The position numbers were made by a program, and so were the translations under genes. A DNA stretch of 64,000 nt from the human T2T-CHM13v2.0 reference genome, Homo sapiens, in the NCBI RefSeq assembly GCF_009914755.1, contig NC_060926.1; one strand, 5' to 3'. Below, piece by piece: positions 1 to 13,167 of this stretch. The notes below the pieces were generated by a model. It worked only from the letters and a program-made list of their open reading frames with translations, was not told the DNA's origin and made no database searches. How positions within the stretch are numbered: the first letter of the stretch is position 1; every line of letters starts with the position of its first letter.

Positions 1-919
1 ATTTTAACTCACCATTAGGAATTAACCTCCTTATGGACTGCTCAAAGAAAGATGACCTAGATCATTGTCCTTAGTCAGACATCAAATGTCAACAAGACTA
101 AAAAGAAAACTTAGTAAGAAGGATAACCAAGTTCAAACTCATGTTGTTCAAAGTTAACAAAAAAGAAAAAGATAATCAAGGAGAGAAGCCAAATGTTAAT
201 AAAACAAACTTGTGATTCATAATGCAGCATAAAGTCAACCCTACCTAAAGTAAACCTTAAAATCAGAGCAACTAATATGAACTCGCGGGAGTGGAAACTT
301 TTTCAATTAAACGTTGACATGAAGCATTCAGACACCATCATTTCATAGTGACCCCTTTGAAAAAACTGGAAGAAATGCTTTGCCACTTCATGGTTTACTG
401 GCATTAGGATTCATGATTCATGATTAAGACAAAAATGAAGCTCCATGGCTGCATTCTCTTGATGCCAATATCAAGAGCTAGGAATAGAAAAACTCCAGCA
501 GGCAGCCACAAGAAGGATTTTCTTGTCCATAACATCAAACAATTTGATTTTTTAAGTCAATTAATATTTGGTTGAGCATCCTATAGTCATAGCCAAAGGC
601 TTATAATAATCTGGAGCACTCAATTTAGTCATATTTGTGTCAATTTTGCAAGGGTATGCTACCTTCAAAAGTGCTAGGCTGACAAAGAAAATCAATAATC
701 CCATTGGTTAGAAAAGAACACAATGTCGTCAGGTGAACTGGGACAGAACTTTCAGAGTCAGCACAGCAAAGGCATCCAAGGCCACTTCACCCATTGCAGA
801 TGCAGGCTATACTTAGTTCATTGATTCTGTGTCTTGGAGCAGCCTCATCCAAAAGGGTACACTGTTGACAGACAAAAGTAGACCTAAGGAAAAAGATAAC
901 TCATCCCAAGGGAGTACTC

Positions 920-1110
920 ATTATTTGTTAGGTACTATTCTAAGGGTTTTACATGTAACAAATTACTAATAATGTTGCTCCCATTTTACAGATGAGGAGA
1001 CAGAAGTACAAAAAGGCAAAATAACTTGTTCAAGGTCACCCAGAGAGTAAGTGGCAGAGCCCAGGTGCAGAACCAGGGGTTCTGGGTCCAAGGGCCACGC
1101 TTTCAACCAC
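920..1110 (-). mobile_element. MIR
   Basis: cccattttacagatgaggagacagaag...aacttgttcaaggtcacccagagagtaagtggcagagc core. Confidence 0.7.
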
Positions 1111-2369
1111 TGCAAGCATGGACTCTGAGGAAGGAAACAACCACCCTCTCCTCCCTCATGGCCTTCAGGCTAAGGTTTCCATATAATCTAGAGCCTACCC
1201 AGCCTCCTGAAACCAGAGATAAAAGCAAAACTCTCTGGCCTCTGCTGACCAGAACAGACACACCAGGCTCATCAGGTCAACAAAGCCACCAGTATTTGAG
1301 CAACCAAGCTCCCCAAATCTGCAAAGTGGGATGCAAAAGTGAATTCACCTATGAAATCAGGTAGACCTGTCAGAAGTGGGAAAGCCATAAGGAAGACCAG
1401 TTCTCACATTGGACTAAACAAAAATAAGAAACTGTGCTGACAACCTCTGTGACCTAAATCCAGTCTGTTCTGCCCATTCACAACTTGGTTTATGTAGCAT
1501 GAGACAGCTGGACAGTTGCTAAGATCTCCTCCTATTCTAAGATTGGGTGCTCCTCGTGCTCCTCTAAGAAAAACCACACTGGGCCTTTCCAGTGCTTTGC
1601 CCCAAGTAGATGCTTGATCAGTTGAACTGAATTTAGAGCACCCTTCAATTACTCTTTTCCCTATCCAGAGTGTTTAGCTTTGATCTAGGAAAAATGCAAA
1701 AAGAAAAATTCACATCAATTTTAATTATTAGCTCTTCTTTGATCCACCAAAAACATGAAGTTCAGTAGAGAATGTAACAGAATAGAAAATGCAGGCTTCC
1801 TCCCAATAAAACCACTATGTTATGCTGCAAGTCAATCAGAAAAGAGTTTTTCCATGATGCTGAAACAAAATGTACTGACATCACTCCAAAGCCAATTTTT
1901 TTCCATGACTTGACTCAATCCCAGAACCTGCCCTGGCACTCACTTCCTTAGCACGTGAACAAACCAAAGACATCATTTATCCAACGAAGTGATTTCCGTG
2001 TCGCATTTCTGGGAGAATTATAATTTGACATACTTGTATGCTGCACAGACACTCTAAAAGAGTACAAAATCAGGCATCCCTTTCTCAAAGAGAGATTTCA
2101 ATTTTCAGTCTCATTTTCATGTAAAATTTTTAAAGTAACACCAATAGGAAGAAGTCTCAATTGTATCGTGCAAAGCAGAAGTTCCATCTGGTTCCATCCT
2201 TACATTGTTATCCAGCATCTTCACTAATGCATCCAGCAGATTAACTGGAAATATGGCATGAATCCTTCATTGTGAAGAGGTAAAATTTAAAGAGGGTACT
2301 GTCACACCAGTGGATACTAGTTTTTAATTTTTTCCTGAGAGTTACAGGAAGTAGAGGATAGGGGTGCAA

Positions 2370-2494
2370 TTTTTTTGTTGTTGTTCCAAGCTGGAGTCTC
2401 ACTCTGTCCCCCAGGCTGGAGTGCAATGGCACAATCTCCACTCACTGCAGCCTCCACCTCCTCGGCTCAAGCGATTCTCTCACCTCAACCTCCT
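2370..2494 (-). mobile_element. Truncated Alu (single arm) with TSD gtgcaattttt
   Basis: ggagtctcactctgtcccccaggctggagtgcaatggc...; gtgcaattttt flanks both sides. Confidence 0.85.
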
Positions 2495-2902
2495 GTATGT
2501 GTGCAATTTTTGATCTCTGTATTCAGGATGAATCTGACATTCCAAAAAGGCCTTGAAATTAACTAACCTGGTCCAATATGATAATTTCTTCATTATCCTT
2601 GCTCACATTTCAGTTCTTGACTTGAATTGGTTTTGAGGGGATTTTGTGAATCCTGTAATTCACAAAATATTTGTATATTTGTATATTTGCCTTTTTTCAG
2701 TTACAAAGATTTCTGTTCAATGCTGATTTATACCAAACTAAATAGGAATTTTCTCCCAGTCTACACTGTAAGTAAGCAATTTGCCCAACCTCATTGGTCA
2801 AAGAAGAATCACTAAAATAAAGACAGTTTGTACTTTGGGCCATTTTGCATCCACCAGTGGTAAGATGCAAGCACCATCCAGGGCATCAAGAATGGTAAGG
2901 CC

Positions 2903-3063
2903 AGCTGGGCACGGTGGCTCACACCTGTAATCCCAGCACTGCGGGAGGCCAAGATTGGAGGATTGCTTGAGCTGAGGAGTTTGAGATCAGCCTGGGCAAC
3001 ATAGCAAGTCCCCATCTCTGTATTTAAAAATAATAATAATAATAACGAAAACAAAAATTTAAA
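2903..3063 (+). mobile_element. FLAM/Alu left monomer
   Basis: gctgggcacggtggctcacacctgtaatcccagcac..., A-rich tail, TSD aagaat(g/a)gtaaggcca. Confidence 0.88.
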
Positions 3064-6000
3064 AAGAATAGTAAGGCCAAGAACTGATGTTGGCAGATAA
3101 GACTTCTGGATAAGGCCCCACACTAGAAGCAATGCAGATAACTGACCAAAGAGATCAGGTAGTTATGCTCATCCCCATTCCCTGGATAAGTAAACTGAAG
3201 CACAAAGAAGCTTCATAATTAGACCTTAAGCTGGTAATCAGGGAGCTAAGACTTGACTCCAAAATTCATGACATGTCTATTTCACATTGCTTTCCTTCAA
3301 AAAAGAATAGCACCCAAAGTGAAAACAAGGCATTCTCCAAAGATTACTGCATTCTTTTACCTGGACAGAGGAATAGGCACATTCAGAACACTGGCCTGAG
3401 GCCACTGTGCTATGAAAAGGAAAAAATTTGGACCCTGTTGGAAAAAAAAAAAGTTACATATAATACTTATTCCAGAGATCAAACTTCAGCATTCTTTATC
3501 ATGAGAAGTAGAATAGTCTCCCTTTTGTCGAATTACTCAAGCAAGCTTCAGGTCAGGTCCTTTAATTTGCGGAATAGTTACTAAGAACCAGTTTATCAGG
3601 TCACACATTACTGAGCAATATAAACTTCATTAGGGCTAATTTTCTTTTGCAGGAAATATAACAGCTGAGGAGAATGCCCACCTAGATCAGATTTTAAAGG
3701 CCTAAGGACACCAAAAAGCCATCACAAGAAGACTGAAGTCCAGATCCTCAGGAAAGTCATTAAGGTAAGAAAATGAATTCAAGACAACAAATCTTGCCAG
3801 ATTGAAGAAACTAATTAAAGGACCCAGCAGAAAGAAAGCCATAGTGCCAAGGGATTCCAAGAAAGCCAGTGTTTGTTCCAAGGGTTGGTCACCAGGTCCA
3901 CCAATGTCCAAGCCAGATGACAGCCTGAGCTGGCCAACACTCTAGCTCCACAGAGAGCCGAGGAAATGGGCAAGCAACCAAAAACAGGGATTTAAAACAG
4001 TCTAATAACTCTAACAATTAACATTTTAAGTAATTATCTAAAGCATCTATTAGAAAATGTAACATTATGAGGAGATAGAGTCAACAGTGTCATAAAAAAA
4101 CTAAAAATATGAATAATGTTGACCTCAAATAGTTTTAAGGCAATATTAGAGCAATAATAAAAAATGCCAAATTGTCAGTATTTAATGTTTTTACCCTACT
4201 CAATGTTAGATATAGTCTACCAAAGCAATGCATAGCTGGATTCAAAGTCAAACTAAAATGGGGCCTAATATAGATTCCAACACCATGAACACTTGGGACC
4301 ATCTTTGCATAGGGAAGAAGGTGAGTCGGAAGTGATCTGGGTCTCCTTTCCATCATAGCTCAGAGTCATCTTTCCCTCTCCATCTCTGTGAGTCTAGGCC
4401 TTTATCTGGCATGCCTGCATCTCTGCAACCTCCTCTGCACTGATTTTTCAATTCTAATCTCAACTCAATTCCAATCACTGTGCATGCCAGATAAATATTC
4501 TACATCATACTTGCATCTTATCCCACCTCTATCCAAAAATCTCAATTTTCAGAGCTAAATGGGCTTGGTATCCAAATCCAGACTCCAAGACTCTGTCCTG
4601 TCTTCTCTTAGCAGAGATTTCCTATCGTATTTCCCATTGTACCCTGCAATGGCCTAACTGTTTGCCTCACTATCCGCTACACAAGTCCTGCCTCCCCACA
4701 TTCATTCATTATGCTCTTTAATTATGTCATATCCTCTTTCCTTCCATGCTTAACACCCCTCCTGCTTTACTTTCCCTTCCCTTGCAACCTACGGGTGGTC
4801 ACCATCACACGAGAAATGGAGGACACTCTAGAACAAATCATTGGCATCTCTCCCACACCCATTTCCAAAAACAATCTGATATGGCTCATTATAAAAAGCA
4901 CAGGTGCAGTAAAACAAGCACCCAAAAATATTTTATCAGTAACCGAAAGGCAAAATAATAAAGGTGAGGAAGAATGGGAATCATATTTTAAGAAGCTAAA
5001 CTTAGAACTGAGTTCTGAGTACAAAAATTAGCTCTGAGCTTCACAGCAACCTAGGCAAGAGATAAAACATGATATATTAAGTAGTTTTTATCTGACTTTT
5101 ATCACATGAATTCATCCGTAGAGATTCAATTTCCTCAGCTCTGAACTCAAAGGAAATTTCCACATGTATTATTATATTAAGGACATGTAACAACATGATG
5201 GAGGATATCCTTAACAGCTGTTTTACAGAAAGTGCTAACCCATATCATGATTTCTGACCATGACCCTCAATAAAAACTGAGGGCATAATATTAGCCTCAT
5301 TCAATTAATACCATTCTGTTGGGAGCCAGAAAGACAGAGTTCAGCTGTATAGCATTATGGTTCTGTGACTGGGCTCAGGGATAACTCCCTCTAACACCAG
5401 TTCTTCTGCCTGGACTTCTGGCTGGAGTGATGCATCAGATGGTTCCAAATGGGAGCCACCAGAAAGCACCTGATGGAAACTAACCAAATCCTGTCCCTCT
5501 GCAGATGAAGCCAACAAAGGTCACATTTGGGCAGGAAAATAAAAGAGTCACCCCGGCAGAGGGCCACCTGGCATCGCTGGGGAGAAGTGACTGTCCCTGA
5601 AATCACTCTGTATTGTGTCAAGTGCTCAAACAAGGACTTTTCTTTTGCATCACAGACCTGGAAAAGACTCAGTGGGCAGGATTATCCAAACATCCGCCTC
5701 TGTCCCATATGGCCTGGATAATGGCTCCTGTCTGATATTTCTTTTCAGCAGGTCTGTGGCAGCGAGAGGGGCCCACCAGGCTTCAATGGCAACAACATGC
5801 CCATGGGGTAACTAATGGGTTGAAAGGATTGCACAGCACTATCTAGACAACAAAATGCATCTGCCCAAAATAGCATTTTGATTTACCACTCTGCAAAGTG
5901 GCACACAGAAAAGTGAAAAAAGGAAGCGATGTATGAGGCTGCAAAGAGTTTCTGACAAACAAATGCCTTTGGGAAGGCCAAGCAGAGTATTTCAATCAAG

Positions 6001-6959
6001 AAGTTATTGGGAGCAAATAGACATCCTTAATGACTATTACATAAATTGCCCAGGGTCACGTGTACCAGGGTGATGGTGTTCACCACTAGTCTTTTTGTTC
6101 TTGATGTTTCTTTGGTTTTTTGTTTCCAGAGTTTGGGACCTGTTTATCCCATAGCATTTGCCCCAAATAAATGACAGCCATTTGGGAGTTGTGGGTCCCC
6201 TATGTTTGTCACTACCCCCAATGCATTTTCTGACAAGGGTAGTGTCCTAAAATGAAAGCTGAGATACTTTCATATAGCTTAATGGTTTCAACAATAAAAC
6301 CATGTTAAGTTTATGATTAAAAAGATAAAATTTTAATAAGGAAGAAAACAAGGAAGGATAGTGGTAGGTTTGGACAACAGCAAGGAGTGATAATTTGCTT
6401 TCAGATAGTCATGGTATCAACAGGCTCCACCCTTCACCAGGGAATGTGAACAAATCCATTCGTTAATTTGGCCATGGAGGGACTCATTGGAGATTTCGGG
6501 GCAGTGACCATGTCAGAGAATTTATGCTATGTTGTAGCTAACAAAATAGATGTGTTGTAGCATTCAGAGCTTTTGAAGCCCAAATCTTGCCAAATAGTGT
6601 CTCTTACTTCAGTGATACTTAAAGCATTATAGAGATTGAGAAAATGTTGAGATCACACTGTCATGACTGCATACACCACCATTCAGACAGGAAGCGCTGA
6701 CCACCAGTAGGATTCACCTAGGGGAGATGTTACCATTTCAACTGTCTCAACCTTCTAATTGGAGGTCTTCATGAAAGGTTCACTGTGGGGTGATGTAGGC
6801 TCATGACTCTGTCACATGACCCTAACTTAATTTGCCTTTTATACCTGCTCAAAGGAACGATTATTGTCAGAGAAACTGTGTGTATCACTTCGCGTCCCAG
6901 AAATTCAAGCAGCAGCTCCTAATATTTTGATCCAGAAAGAATACACATAAAATATTCTT

Positions 6960-7050
6960 TTATATATATATATATACACTTATATATATATATAAAAGAA
7001 GACATATATATAGGTAAGTATATATATACTTACCTATATATAGGTAAGTA

Positions 7051-7096
<46 letters not shown>
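6960..7096. repeat. Complex (TA)n/(TG)n microsatellite
   Basis: Visible TA runs with interspersed taggtaagta / tacttaccta units. Confidence 0.9.
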
Positions 7097-7101
<5 letters not shown>

Positions 7102-7870
7102 AGACATTTATGTGGCCAACAAACATATGAAAAAAAGCTCATCATCACTGATCATTAGAGAAATGCAAATCAAAACCACAATGAGATACCATCTCATGCC
7201 AGTTAGAATGGAGATCATTAAAAAGTCAGGAAACAACAGATGCTGGAGAGGATGTGGAAAAATAGGAATGCTTTTACACTGTTGGTAGGAGTGTAAATTA
7301 GTTCAACCATTGTGGAAGACAGTGTGGCGATTCCTCAAAGATCTAGAACCAGAAATACCATTTGACCCAGCAATTCCATTACTGGGTATATATCCAAAGA
7401 ATTATAAATTATTCTACTATAAAGACATATGCACACCTATGTTTATTACAGCAGTATTCACAATAGCAAAGACTTGGAACCAGACCAAATGCTCATCAAT
7501 GATAGACTGGATAAAGAAAATGTTGCACATATACACCATGGAATACTATGCAGTCATAAAAAAGGATGAGTTCATGTCCTTTGCAGGGACATGAAGCTGG
7601 AAACCATCATTCTCAGCAAACTAACACAAGAACAGAAAACCAAATACCACATGTTCTCACTCACAAGTGGGAGTTGAACAATGAGAATACATGGACACAG
7701 GGAGGGGAACATCACATACCGGGGCCTGTTGTGGGGTTGGGGGCAAGGGCAGGGAGAGCATTAGGACAAATACCTAATGTAGATGACAGGTTGATGGGTG
7801 TAGCAAACCACCATGTCATGTGTATACCTATGTAGCAAACCTGCACGTTCCGCACATGTATCCCAGAACT
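7097..7870 (+). mobile_element. L1PA-type LINE-1 3' end (end of ORF2 + 3'UTR)
   Basis: ORF2 C-terminal peptides ([12 protein letters not shown]...[13 protein letters not shown]; WRFLKDLEPEIPFDPAIPLLGIYPK) and the characteristic G-rich 3'UTR. Confidence 0.93.
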
Positions 7871-7931
7871 TTTATGTATACATACATATATATATATATA
7901 TATAAAAGAATGTCTATGTATATATAAAATT

Positions 7932-8276
7932 GAAATGTAAAGTAGTTTTTTTCCAATTCTGTGAAAAAAGTTAATGGTAGCTTGATGGGGACAGCATTGA
8001 ATCTGTAAGTTACTTTGGGCATACGGCCATTTGCAGGATATTGATTCTTCCTAACCATGAGCATGGAATGTTTTCCCATTTGTTTGTTTCCTCTCTTATT
8101 TCCTTGAGCAGTGGTCTGTAGTTCTCCTTGAAGGGGTCCTTCACATCCCTTAAAAGTTGTATTCCTAGGTATTTTATTCTTTTTGTAGCAATTGTGAATG
8201 GGAGTTCACTCATGATTTGGCTCTCTGTCTATTACTGGTGTATAGGAATGCTTGTGATTTTTGCACATTGATTTTG
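7932..8276 (-). mobile_element. L1PA ORF2 fragment, antisense
   Basis: Minus-strand [23 protein letters not shown]...[31 protein letters not shown] is the L1 ORF2 RT C-terminal region. Confidence 0.92.
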
Positions 8277-9209
8277 AGAATACACATTCTTACTACAACA
8301 CAAGAATATACCTTAGAAGTAGCTGAGACATAGAAAGAAGAAATGGGAAAAAGATCATAACATTTTTTCTAAAATAAATGTCGTCCATAACACACAGGTT
8401 GAGGGTTCTTGCTCAATGAGTATGAGAACACAGGAATTGTCCATTCCAGAGTGGTTATAATCAGCTCAAGCACACCAATCCCTGTGCAAGCTGCAGAGAG
8501 TCGCATCAGCATCCTGCCTTCAGATCAAAGCTGCTGAGCCAGACTCTGGTGGAGGAAGGGCCCCAGAACACCCTGCATCACTCAGAAACCATTCAAGTTC
8601 TGGAACTGCTGTTGCAGCAATCCTCACCAGACATCAGGAAATCATGGTTATTTGTGGACAGAAAAAACTGAGGTCATTCAAAGGATCCAGGCCAGATTCC
8701 CGAGCATGATGTGGGGTTTGAATGGCCCTGCAAAGAGCCACACATTCATAGTGGGAGCTGATTCCAGTTGGGTTCTATCAGGGAGACCCCCTCACTGTGT
8801 CTCCTCCCAGGCCGAGGCAAACGAGTCCCTGCCTTCTCACAATTGCACCTGTGTGCTCACAAGGCTGCGTGTGATGCTGCTGTGAAAGCACTCCCAGCTA
8901 AGTCTATTCATCATTGCACACGGTGGGTAATGAAGACCTCGGAGGAAACTGGTTTCCACCCCTGGGGAAATACATCAGGAGCATTCAAAACAACAGACTA
9001 GCTGGACTGTAGGAATGATACAGATTTTCCTTGGGGTTCTCCATGAAACTGGAAACTTATAAAGGGAAGATGATGTTATTGCATTAGCCACTCACATCTA
9101 AATAAACAGGAGGCAACACTAGTTCTGGGGTAAGTCAAAACTTTGTCTATAAATGCATGAAGAGAAAAGTGCTTACACTTAAAAATGCAGGAATGGGATT
9201 GTATCCAAC

Positions 9210-9425
9210 ACTGTGCTGTCCAACAGTACCTTCTGTGATGATGGAAATGTTGTATCCCACTCCGTCCATAGAGTAGCCACCAGCCAATGCAGCTACAGAG
9301 CTCCGTAAATGTGGCTACTTTGAGTAAGGAACTGAATTTTTTATTTTACTTATTTGCAACTAATTTAATATTAGTCTAAATAGCCACAATGGGCTAGCAG
9401 CTACCAAATTGACAGTATAGGTCTA
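9210..9425. mobile_element. MER3-like hAT MITE
   Basis: tgtgctgtccaacagtaccttctgtgatgatggaaatgtt...gtagccaccagcc...aaatgtggctac...gaactgaattttttatttt. Confidence 0.65.
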
Positions 9426-9779
9426 GTGTATAATTTCAGTGATGAAAAAAGACACAATAAGACCTGGAAAAATGTGTGAAATGTCAGTAGTGGTGACTGC
9501 AGGGAGGGGGAATTTTTTTCTGCTTTTTAAATACTTTTTCTCTATTTCCAAAGTTTTTTTATTAATAAGCACATATAAATTTTATAATCAGAAAAAGATA
9601 AAAATAAATGTATGCTGAAAATATTAAAAGAAGGACAAGATAGGACAACTTCAGCGGTTCCTGTATCTGGCACCAACCTGCTTGCTCAAGCTGATCAATA
9701 ACCAATAAATGATGAAAACATTGCTGTTGCCCAAACAGCCATCACTCATCAGGAGGCTCCAATTCAAACCTGTCCAAAG

Positions 9780-10170
9780 TCTACTAGGCGCCAGCCATAC
9801 TCGGCTTTCCCTTGGACACCTGAATATGCCAAGCTTGTCCTCACTCAGGGCTACCTAAGCTGTTCCTCCTGCTGTTCCTCCAAATCTCCTCTAGCTGCTT
9901 AAAATTCCCTTAAATGCTGCCTCCTATCCAATGTAACCAGCCAGTCATCTTCTATGTCATCACTTCCTTTAATTGTCCGCACAGCACTTCTCACTACCTG
10001 CTATTTTCTTGTTTATTTATTTGTGTATTATCTGTCTCCCTCCACCCCCAAACTAGAATATAGGCTCCAAGAAAGCAGGAGTCTTGTCTGTTTTGTTCAC
10101 TGTCCTATGCCCACCACAAAGCACAGTGTCCACAACATATTGGTGCTCCATAAATATGGGCTGAATTAAT
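9780..10170. mobile_element. L2 3' end
   Basis: ctagaatataggctccaagaaagcaggagtcttgtctgttttgttcactg...gtgctccataaatat...gaattaat. Confidence 0.65.
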
Positions 10171-10562
10171 TGCTAGAGTCCCCAGTATTTCCCAAGGCTG
10201 CTCAGAGACTCTGCTTTTTAAGATTTCACTTGCAGGAAAGGGACGGGCTCTGGGACCAAGCTGTCGGGTTTGATCTGGGCAGATAACAACTACCCTCTTC
10301 TCTACATATGCTTCATGGTCTATTATTCGTGGGGGCAGTAAACGGATGCTTCATGGAGCTGTGAGAATTCAAATGAGATAACAGAGGGAAGGCACTGAGT
10401 GTAGTGCCTGGTGCGTAGAAATGTTCAAACAATATTAGCTGTTATACTTTGCAGATCTCTGGTTTGTGTGAGGAGGGTAGGACAAGTTTGCCAAAATGTA
10501 TCATTGAGATAAAAGAAAGGGAGAATTAAACTTCAACTACCAGCTTCTTAGGCTGGTCTTTC

Positions 10563-11375
10563 TGTTATTTTGCTGTGTAACAAACTGCGTCAAAACTCAA
10601 GAGGTTTAAGACAAGGACAACAATGATTTGCCCGTGAATCTGTAATCTGGGGTCAGGGGCTCGGCAGGAATAGCTCATCTCTCCTCCACCTGGCAGCACG
10701 GCGGCCAAGGCTGGGGCTGGAATCAGACGCAGGCTCACCTGGTGTCCTGTCTGGGGTAGCTGAGGTAGGGAGATTCCAACAGCTATGGCCAAGACAGCCG
10801 GGCACTCAGCATCTCTGTAACTCTCTGTGTGGTCTCCAGCCTGGCAGCCTCAGAGCAGCCGGACTTTTGAGATGGAAGCTCAGGGCTCCAAAGGTGCATG
10901 GAGAGAGAGGAGGTGAAGGAGGGAGGGGGGAGAGAGAGAAAGAGAGGAAAGGAGGGTGGTGAGGATAACTGAGAAAGAAAGGGAGGGATGGAGAGGGGAA
11001 AGGAGGGATGGAGGCAGGAAAGGGGAGAGAGGGAAAGACAGAAAGAGAGGAAGAAGCAGGAGGAGGACTAGGAGGAGGAGGAAGAGGAGAGAAGAAAGGA
11101 GAGAGAGAGGAAAAAGGATGAGGGAGGGAGAGAAGAAGAGAAAGAGAGAAAGATAGAGAAAGGACTTGAGAGAGAGGAATTAAGGGAGAGATATGAGATA
11201 GAGAGAGAGGTGAAAGCTACATCACCTCTTCCAACCTAGCCTCTGAAGTCATGTCACAGCACTGTCACCACATTCTCCTATTCTCTTCACAGTAGTCACA
11301 AGTCTGCCTGCCCATGTTTAAGGGAAGAGGAAATAGATTCAGTCTCTTGATGGAAGAGTGGTAAGTTTCTAGAAG
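10563..11375 (-). mobile_element. MLT1-type MaLR LTR containing an expanded GA-rich tract
   Basis: tgctgtgtaacaaac...aaaactc...ggcagcctcagagcagccggactt...aacctagcctctgaagtcatg...tctcttgatggaagagtgg resembles MLT1G/H. Confidence 0.65.
10901..11210 (+). repeat. ~310-bp GA-rich homopurine low-complexity tract
   Basis: Almost exclusively G/A. Confidence 0.92.
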
Positions 11376-12339
11376 GGTCTACAGGATCAAAAATATTGTT
11401 TCAGCCACTTTTGGAAAGGAGCATCTCACAGGACTACCAACTAATAGTTCTAGGCATGTCTTCACCCAATGACCACTGTCGTTTTGAGAGCCGCCGTGTG
11501 CACTGCTCTCAGGAAGCACATGTTCCAGGAAGACCCACGCACACTGTTCCACATAACACAGGAAGACATAAGAAACCAGGAAAGCCTGCATCTGCCAGGG
11601 ATCCACTTTTCCTGTCCTTTGTGCTTTGTGCTACCTTAAGTCTGGCTTTCTGCTGGATGGTAACGTGATGTGAAAGTGGCAGCTCAGATAAGATTCCTGT
11701 CCATAAATTCTTTGAACTGAATCAAAATAAATGCAAGCCCAGGATCAGAACTGACAGTGCCTGGCAATTGGTAGGTATTGAGATTGGAAGAGCGTGGAAA
11801 CTGCTGAGAAGAAGGCACGAGATGCAGTTAGGTCCACTACAGCTCATCCTGACATCATCCGCAGCAGTTCAGAAGTTCTCCCTTTAATGAGTCCTGTGAA
11901 ACCAACGTGGCCCCTTCCACAGGCTTTTGGACTTGCCCTCCTGGGGAGGAAGGTGTCTTCAGAGGTTTCTGTCATATGGCATATACCTTGTTCTTCAGAG
12001 TATTTTCAAACTTAGAATCATTAGCTCCCTTCTCCCCAACCAGTATAGACATGAACATGTGTCAACAGTCCCCAGATACACTGCCTGTGCTTTGAACAGT
12101 GTAACAGTGTAAGGTTTCTTATGTGTTCCAGTGCACACTGTTCCAGGAAGACCCATGGCCGATCATTCCTTAGCTCAGAATGCCAGGACAGTGCTTAGCT
12201 ATGTAGCACCAAAGAAAACCGAGGCACCAATGCCAGCTGTTCAAATGCATCATCGACAAAAGAAAGGTGTACACAAACTCACAGACAGACTGAACTGGTT
12301 TCATTTGCTCCTCCAGAGTCAGTCTCCTCCCTTCCCCAT

Positions 12340-13167
<828 letters not shown>

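Noticed and set aside
10956-11156. Arg/Glu/Gly-rich 66-aa ORF resembling a basic protein
   Set aside because: Translation of the GA-rich microsatellite.
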